Shown here: positions 56,201-64,000 of the stretch, piece by piece
Numbering within the stretch: the stretch's first letter is position 1
Layout of the letters: the number at the start of each line of letters is the position of its first letter
NCBI GenBank assembly: GCA_964057225.1
Contig: OZ059895.1
Span: forward strand, 496,001-560,000
DNA length: 64,000 nt
DNA from: Auanema rhodensis
Lineage: Eukaryota > Animalia > Nematoda
Direction of reading: 5' to 3'
Notes under the pieces: generated by a model
Told to the model about the DNA's origin: nothing
The model's database searches: none
What the model saw: only the letters and a program-made list of their open reading frames with translations
Position numbers and translations under genes: made by a program

Positions 56201-59200
56201 TTTTTCGAAAAATTTCAAAATAATTTAGCAAAAAGTACATGTTTTTAGATTCCATTTTTCAAGACAAAGACGATAGACAATGTTATTCAATGAAAAAATT
56301 AATTCTTCAGGGTGAAAATCGAGGATATAAGTGTGAACTTATATCAGTTGATATCTCGGTGCATTTTTAAGCTAGCGCAAATCTGATAACACAGATCGAC
56401 GCAGCTTAAAAATCCGCATCGAATGCACTATACTACATTGAGAAACGCTTAATAGAAAAATTAGTTATGATCGTTTGAAAAATGATGCATTAGTGTATGT
56501 TGAGTTTCCATGTACACTCAACATTGCTTCCAAAAACATTTTGACAAAAATTTTTTCGAAAAATTTCAAAATAATGTAGCAAAAAGTAGATGTTTTTAGA
56601 TTCCTTATTTCAAGGCAAAAACGATAGACAATGTTATTCAACGAAAAAATTAATTCTTCAGTGTGAAAATCGAGGATATAAGTGTGAACTTATATCAGTT
56701 GATATCTCGGTGCATTTTTAAGCTAGCGCAAATCTGATAACACAGATCGACGCAGCTTAAAAATCCGCATCGAGTGCACTATACTACATTGAGAAACGCT
56801 TAATACAAAAATTAGTTTTGATCGTTTGAAAAATGATGCATTAGTGTATGTTGAGTTTCCATGTACACTCAACATTGCTTCCAAAAACATTTTGACAAAA
56901 ATTTTTTCGAAAAATTTCAAGATAATTTAGCAAAAAGTAGATGTTTTTAAATTCCATTTTTCAAGGCAAAGACGATAGACAATGTTATTCAATGAAAAAA
57001 TTAATTCTTCAGGGTGAAAATCGAGGATATAAGTGTGAACTTATATCAGTTGATATCTCGGTGCATTTTTAAGCTAGCGCAAATCTGATAACACAGATCG
57101 ACGCAGCTTAAAAATCCGCATCGAATGCACTATACTACATTGAGAAACGCTTAATACAAAAATTAGTTATGATCGTTTGAAAAATGATGCATTAGTGTAT
57201 GTTGAGTTTCCATGTACACTCAACATTGCTTCCAAAAACATTTTGACAAAAATTTTTTCGAAACATTTCAAAATAATTTAGCAAAAAGTAGATGTTTTTA
57301 GATTCCTTTTTTCAAGGCAAAGACGATGGACAATGTTATTCAACGAAAAAATTAATTCTTCAGGGTGAAAATCGAGGATATAAGTGTGAACTTATATCAG
57401 TTGATATCTCGGTGCATTTTTAAGCTAACGCAAATCTGATAACACAGATCGACGCAGCTTAAAAATCCGCATCAAATGCACTATACTACATTGAGAAACG
57501 CTTAATACAAAAATTAGTTATGATCGTTTGAAAAATGATGCATTAGTGTATGTTGAGTTTCCATGTACACTCAACATTGCTTCCAAAAACATTTTGACAA
57601 AAATTTTTTCGAAAAATTTCAAGATAATGTAGCAAAAAGTAGATGTTTTTAGATTCCTTTTTTCAAGGCGAAGACGATGGACAAAGTTATTCAACGAAAA
57701 AATTGATTCTTCAGGGTGAAAATCGAGGATATAAGTTTGAACTTATATCAGTTGATATCTCGGTGCATTTTTAAGCTAGCGCAAATCTGATAACACAGAT
57801 CGACGCAGCTTAAAAATCCGCATCGAATGCACTATACTACATTGAGAAACGCTTAATACAAAAATTTGTTATGATCGTTTGAAAAATGATGCATTAGTGT
57901 ATGTTGAGTTTCCATGTACACTCAACATTGCTTCCAAAAACATTTTGACAAAAATTTTTTCGAAACATTTCAAAATAATTTAGCAAAAAGTAGATGTTTT
58001 TAGATTCCTTTTTTCAAGACAAAGACGATAGACAATGTTATTCAATGAAAAAATTAATTCTTCAGGGTGAAAATCGAGGATATAAGTGTGAACTTATATC
58101 AGTTGATATCTCGGTGCATTTTTAAGCTAACGCAAATCTGATAACACAGATCGACGCAGCTTAAAAATCCGCATCGAATGCACTATACTACATTGAGAAA
58201 CGCTTAATACAAAAATTAGTTATGATCGTTTGAAAAATGATGCATTAGTGTATGTTGAGTTTCCATGTACACTCAACATTGCTTCCAAAAACATTTTGAC
58301 AAAAATTTTTTCGAAACATTTCAAAATAATTTAGCAAAAAGTAGATGTTTTTAGATTCCTTTTTTCAAGGCAAAGACGATGGACAATGTTATTCAACGAA
58401 AAAATTAATTCTTCAGGGTGAAAATCGAGGATATAAGTGTGAACTTATATCAGTTGATATCTCGGTGCATTTTTAAGCTAACGCAAATCTGATAACACAG
58501 ATCGACGCAGCTTAAAAATCCGCATCAAATGCACTATACTACATTGAGAAACGCTTAATACAAAAATTAGTTATGATCGTTTGAAAAATGATGCATTAGT
58601 GTATGTTGAGTTTCCATGTACACTCAACATTGCTTCCAAAAACATTTTGACAAAAATTTTTTCGAAAAATTTCAAGATAATGTAGCAAAAAGTAGATGTT
58701 TTTAGATTCCTTTTTTCAAGGCGAAGACGATGGACAAAGTTATTCAACGAAAAAATTGATTCTTCAGGGTGAAAATCGAGGATATAAGTTTGAACTTATA
58801 TCAGTTGATATCTCGGTGCATTTTTAAGCTAGCGCAAATCTGATAACACAGATCGACGCAGCTTAAAAATCCGCATCGAATGCACTATACTACATTGAGA
58901 AACGCTTAATACAAAAATTTGTTATGATCGTTTGAAAAATGATGCATTAGTGTATGTTGAGTTTCCATGTACACTCAACATTGCTTCCAAAAACATTTTG
59001 ACAAAAATTTTTTCGAAACATTTCAAAATAATTTAGCAAAAAGTAGATGTTTTTAGATTCCTTTTTTCAAGACAAAGACGATAGACAATGTTATTCAATG
59101 AAAAAATTAATTCTTCAGGGTGAAAATCGAGGATATAAGTGTGAACTTATATCAGTTGATATCTCGGTGCATTTTTAAGCTAACGCAAATCTGATAACAC

Positions 59201-62200
59201 AGATCGACGCAGCTTAAAAATCCGCATCGAATGCACTATACTACATTGAGAAACGCTTGATACAAAAATTAGTTATGATCGTTTGAAAAATGATGCATTA
59301 GTGTATGTTGAGTTTCCATGTACACTCAACATTGCTTCCAAAAACATTTTGACAAAAATTTTTTCGAAAAATTTCAAAATAATGTAGCAAAAAGTAGATG
59401 TTTTTAGATTCCTTATTTCAAGGCAAAAACGATAGACAATGTTATTCAACGAAAAAATTAATTCTTCAGTGTGAAAATCGAGGATATAAGTTTGAACTTA
59501 TATCAGTTGATATCTCGGTGCATTTTTAAGTTAGCGCAAATCTGATAACACAGATCGACGCAGCTTACAAATCTGCATCGAATGCACTATACTACATTGA
59601 GAAACGCTAGATACAAAAATTAGTTATGATCGTTTGAAAAATGATGCATTAGTGTATGTTGAGTTTCCATGTACACTCAACATTGCTTCCAAAAACATTT
59701 TGACAAAAATTTTTTCGAAAAATTTCAAAATAATTTAGCAAAAAGTACATGTTTTTAGATTCCATTTTTCAAGACAAAGACGATAGACAATGTTATTCAA
59801 TGAAAAAATTAATTCTTCAGGGTGAAAATCGAGGATATAAGTGTGAACTTATATCAGTTGATATCTCGGTGCATTTTTAAGCTAGCGCAAATCTGATAAC
59901 ACAGATCGACGCAGCTTAAAAATCCGCATCGAATGCACTATACTACATTGAGAAACGCTTAATAGAAAAATTAGTTATGATCGTTTGAAAAATGATGCAT
60001 TAGTGTATGTTGAGTTTCCATGTACACTCAACATTGCTTCCAAAAACATTTTGACAAAAATTTTTTCGAAAAATTTCAAAATAATGTAGCAAAAAGTAGA
60101 TGTTTTTAGATTCCTTTTTTCAAGGCGAAGACGATGGACAAAGTTATTCAACGAAAAAATTGATTCTTCAGGGTGAAAATCGAGGATATAAGTGTGAACT
60201 TATATCAGTTGATATCTCGGTGCATTTTTAAGCTAGCGCAAATCTGATAACACAGATCGACGCAGCTTAAAAATCCGCATCAAATGCACTATACTACATT
60301 GAGAAACGCTTAATACAAAAATTAGTTATGATCGTTTGAAAAATGATGCATTAGTGTATGTTGAGTTTCCATGTACACTCAACATTGCTTCCAAAAACAT
60401 TTTGACAAAAATTTTTTCGAAAAATTTCAAAATAATGTAGCAAAAAGTAGATGTTTTTAGATTCCTTATTTCAAGGCAAAAACGATAGACAATGTTATTC
60501 AATGAAAAAATTAATTCTTCAGGGTGAAAATCGAGGATATAAGTGTGAACTTATATCAGTTGATATCTCGGTGCATTTTTAAGCTAGCGCAAATCTGATA
60601 ACACAGATCGACGCAGCTTAAAAATCCGCATCGAATGCACTATACTACATTGAGAAACGCTTAATACAAAAATTTGTTATGATCGTTTGAAAAATGATGC
60701 ATTAGTGTATGTTGAGTTTCCATGTACACTCAACATTGCTTCCAAAAACATTTTGACAAAAATTTTTTCGAAACATTTCAAAATAATTTAGCAAAAAGTA
60801 GATGTTTTTAGATTCCTTTTTTCAAGGCAAAGACGATGGACAATGTTATTCAACGAAAAAATTAATTCTTCAGGGTGAAAATCGAGGATATAAGTGTGAA
60901 CTTATATCAGTTGATATCTCGGTGCATTTTTAAGCTAACGCAAATCTGATAACACAGATCGACGCAGCTTAAAAATCCGCATCGAATGCACTATACTACA
61001 TTGAGAAACGCTTGATACAAAAATTAGTTATGATCGTTTGAAAAATGATGCATTAGTGTATGTTGAGTTTCCATGTACACTCAACATTGCTTCCAAAAAC
61101 ATTTTGACAAAAATTTTTTCGAAAAATTTCAAGATAATGTAGCAAAAAGTAGATGTTTTTAGATTCCTTTTTTCAAGGCGAAGACGATGGACAAAGTTAT
61201 TCAACGAAAAAATTGATTCTTCAGGGTGAAAATCGAGGATATAAGTTTGAACTTATATCAGTTGATATCTCGGTGCATTTTTAAGTTAGCGCAAATCTGA
61301 TAACACAGATCGACGCAGCTTACAAATCTGCATCGAATGCACTATACTACATTGAGAAACGCTAGATACAAAAATTAGTTATGATCGTTTGAAAAATGAT
61401 GCATTAGTGTATGTTGAGTTTCCATGTACACTCAACATTGCTTCCAAAAACATTTTGACAAAAATTTTTTCGAAAAATTTCAAAATAATTTAGCAAAAAG
61501 TACATGTTTTTAGATTCCATTTTTCAAGACAAAGACGATAGACAATGTTATTCAATGAAAAAATTAATTCTTCAGGGTGAAAATCGAGGATATAAGTGTG
61601 AACTTATATCAGTTGATATCTCGGTGCATTTTTAAGCTAGCGCAAATCTGATAACACAGATCGACGCAGCTTAAAAATCCGCATCGAATGCACTATACTA
61701 CATTGAGAAACGCTTAATAGAAAAATTAGTTATGATCGTTTGAAAAATGATGCATTAGTGTATGTTGAGTTTCCATGTACACTCAACATTGCTTCCAAAA
61801 ACATTTTGACAAAAATTTTTTCGAAAAATTTCAAGATAATGTAGCAAAAAGTAGATGTTTTTAGATTCCTTTTTTCAAGGCGAAGACGATGGACAAAGTT
61901 ATTCAACGAAAAAATTGATTCTTCAGGGTGAAAATCGAGGATATAAGTTTGAACTTATATCAGTTGATATCTCGGTGCATTTTTAAGTTAGCGCAAATCT
62001 GATAACACAGATCGACGCAGCTTACAAATCTGCACCGAATGCACTATACTACATTGAGAAACGCTAGATACAAAAATTAGTTATGATCGTTTGAAAAATG
62101 ATGCATTAGTGTATGTTGAGTTTCCATGTACACTCAACATTGCTTCCAAAAACATTTTGACAAAAATTTTTTCGAAAAATTTCAAAATAATTTAGCAAAA

Positions 62201-64000
62201 AGTACATGTTTTTAGATTCCATTTTTCAAGACAAAGACGATAGACAATGTTATTCAATGAAAAAATTAATTCTTCAGGGTGAAAATCGAGGATATAAGTG
62301 TGAACTTATATCAGTTGATATCTCGGTGCATTTTTAAGCTAGCGCAAATCTGATAACACAGATCGACGCAGCTTAAAAATCCGCATCGAATGCACTATAC
62401 TACATTGAGAAACGCTTAATAGAAAAATTAGTTATGATCGTTTGAAAAATGATGCATTAGTGTATGTTGAGTTTCCATGTACACTCAACATTGCTTCCAA
62501 AAACATTTTGACAAAAATTTTTTCGAAAAATTTCAAAATAATGTAGCAAAAAGTAGATGTTTTTAGATTCCTTATTTCAAGGCAAAAACGATAGACAATG
62601 TTATTCAACGAAAAAATTAATTCTTCAGTGTGAAAATCGAGGATATAAGTGTGAACTTATATCAGTTGATATCTCGGTGCATTTTTAAGCTAGCGCAAAT
62701 CTGATAACACAGATCGACGCAGCTTAAAAATCCGCATCGAATGCACTATACTACATTGAGAAACGCTTGATACAAAAATTAGTTATGATCGTTTGAAAAA
62801 TGATGCATTAGTGTATGTTGAGTTTCCATGTACACTCAACATTGCTTCCAAAAACATTTTGACAAAAATTTTTTCGAAAAATTTCAAAATAATGTAGCAA
62901 AAAGTAGATGTTTTTAGATTCCTTATTTCAAGGCAAAAACGATAGACAATGTTATTCAACGAAAAAATTAATTCTTCAGTGTGAAAATCGAGGATATAAG
63001 TGTGAACTTATATCAGTTGATATCTCGGTGCATTTTTAAGCTAGCGCAAATCTGATAACACAGATCGACGCAGCTTAAAAATCCGCATCGAATGCACTAT
63101 ACTACATTGAGAAACGCTTAATACAAAAATTTGTTATGATCGTTTGAAAAATGATGCATTAGTGTATGTTGAGTTTCCATGTACACTCAACATTGCTTCC
63201 AAAAACATTTTGACAAAAATTTTTTCGAAACATTTCAAAATAATTTAGCAAAAAGTAGATGTTTTTAGATTCCTTTTTTCAAGGCAAAGACGATGGACAA
63301 TGTTATTCAACGAAAAAATTAATTCTTCAGGGTGAAAATCGAGGATATAAGTGTGAACTTATATCAGTTGATATCTCGGTGTATTTTTAAGCTAACGCAA
63401 ATCTGATAACACAGATCGACGCAGCTTAAAAATCCGCATCGAATGCACTATACTACATTGAGAAACGCTTGATACAAAAATTAGTTATGATCGTTTGAAA
63501 AATGATGCATTAGTGTATGTTGAGTTTCCATGTACACTCAACATTGCTTCCAAAAACATTTTGACAAAAATTTTTTCGAAAAATTTCAAGATAATGTAGC
63601 AAAAAGTAGATGTTTTTAGATTCCTTTTTTCAAGGCGAAGACGATGGACAAAGTTATTCAACGAAAAAATTGATTCTTCAGGGTGAAAATCGAGGATATA
63701 AGTTTGAACTTATATCAGTTGATATCTCGGTGCATTTTTAAGTTAGCGCAAATCTGATAACACAGATCGACGCAGCTTACAAATCTGCATCGAATGCACT
63801 ATACTACATTGAGAAACGCTAGATACAAAAATTAGTTATGATCGTTTGAAAAATGATGCATTAGTGTATGTTGAGTTTCCATGTACACTCAACATTGCTT
63901 CCAAAAACATTTTGACAAAAATTTTTTCGAAAAATTTCAAAATAATTTAGCAAAAAGTACATGTTTTTAGATTCCATTTTTCAAGACAAAGACGATAGAC
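44216..64000. repeat. Array sub-domain V (shuffled J/K-type monomers, related to III)
   Basis: Same J/K/GTACATG/CTAACGC types as 24.2-36.5 kb, plus new markers AATAGAAAAA, TTTTCAAGCT and TTTAAATTCC. Confidence 0.8.

Larger units (their letters stand above)
1..64000. repeat. Tandem satellite DNA array, 351-bp monomer, 182 full copies + 129-bp partial; continues past both window edges
   Basis: The anchor TGAGTTTCCATGTAC starts at 1, 352, 703 ... 3160, 3512, 3863, 4201 ... 5605, 5957, then at 5957+351n up to 63872. Copies differ by only a few substitutions. All copies are in the same orientation with no intervening unique DNA. Confidence 0.99.

Noticed and set aside
37067-56920. Six near-identical 65-aa minus-strand ORFs (37067, 37769, 38822, 40928, 54968, 56723)
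   Set aside because: They lie wholly within satellite monomers at 351-multiple offsets. They exist only where AGTTATGA>AGTTTTGA (e.g. 37162) converts a minus-strand TAA to AAA; other copies have the stop. No recognisable domain; not a credible CDS.
1-64000. CRISPR-like array (palindromic repeats at regular spacing)
   Set aside because: There are no unique spacers, since the entire 351 bp repeats, and no cas genes or leader.
1-64000. Single regular higher-order repeat across the window, or an artefactual/synthetic concatemer
   Set aside because: Duplication periods vary (2, 3, 4, 5, 6, 7, 17, 57 monomers), so there is no fixed HOR. Linked, hierarchically shared SNPs fit natural array evolution rather than random read error.

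Overview
The whole 64-kb window is one uninterrupted head-to-tail satellite DNA array. The monomer is 351 bp and AT-rich (about 31% GC by hand count of the first copy). There are 182 complete copies plus a 129-bp partial copy, all in the same orientation. I found no genes, RNA genes, transposon insertions, CRISPR spacers or unique sequence. The six 65-aa ORFs are by-products of one satellite SNP that removes a minus-strand stop codon. The array resembles eukaryotic (peri)centromeric or heterochromatic satellite; I do not recognise the family or species. The real structure lies at two levels. (1) Within the monomer there are four dyad/hairpin elements, two of them spaced half a monomer apart (175/176 bp), plus an A-tract block. 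(2) Across the array, diagnostic SNPs define successive variant domains, local 2- to 6-mer duplications, longer-range copies at exact monomer multiples (10, 17 and 57 monomers) and chimeric monomers marking recombination points. The sequence does not support a novel gene-encoded system. All alignments were done by eye.
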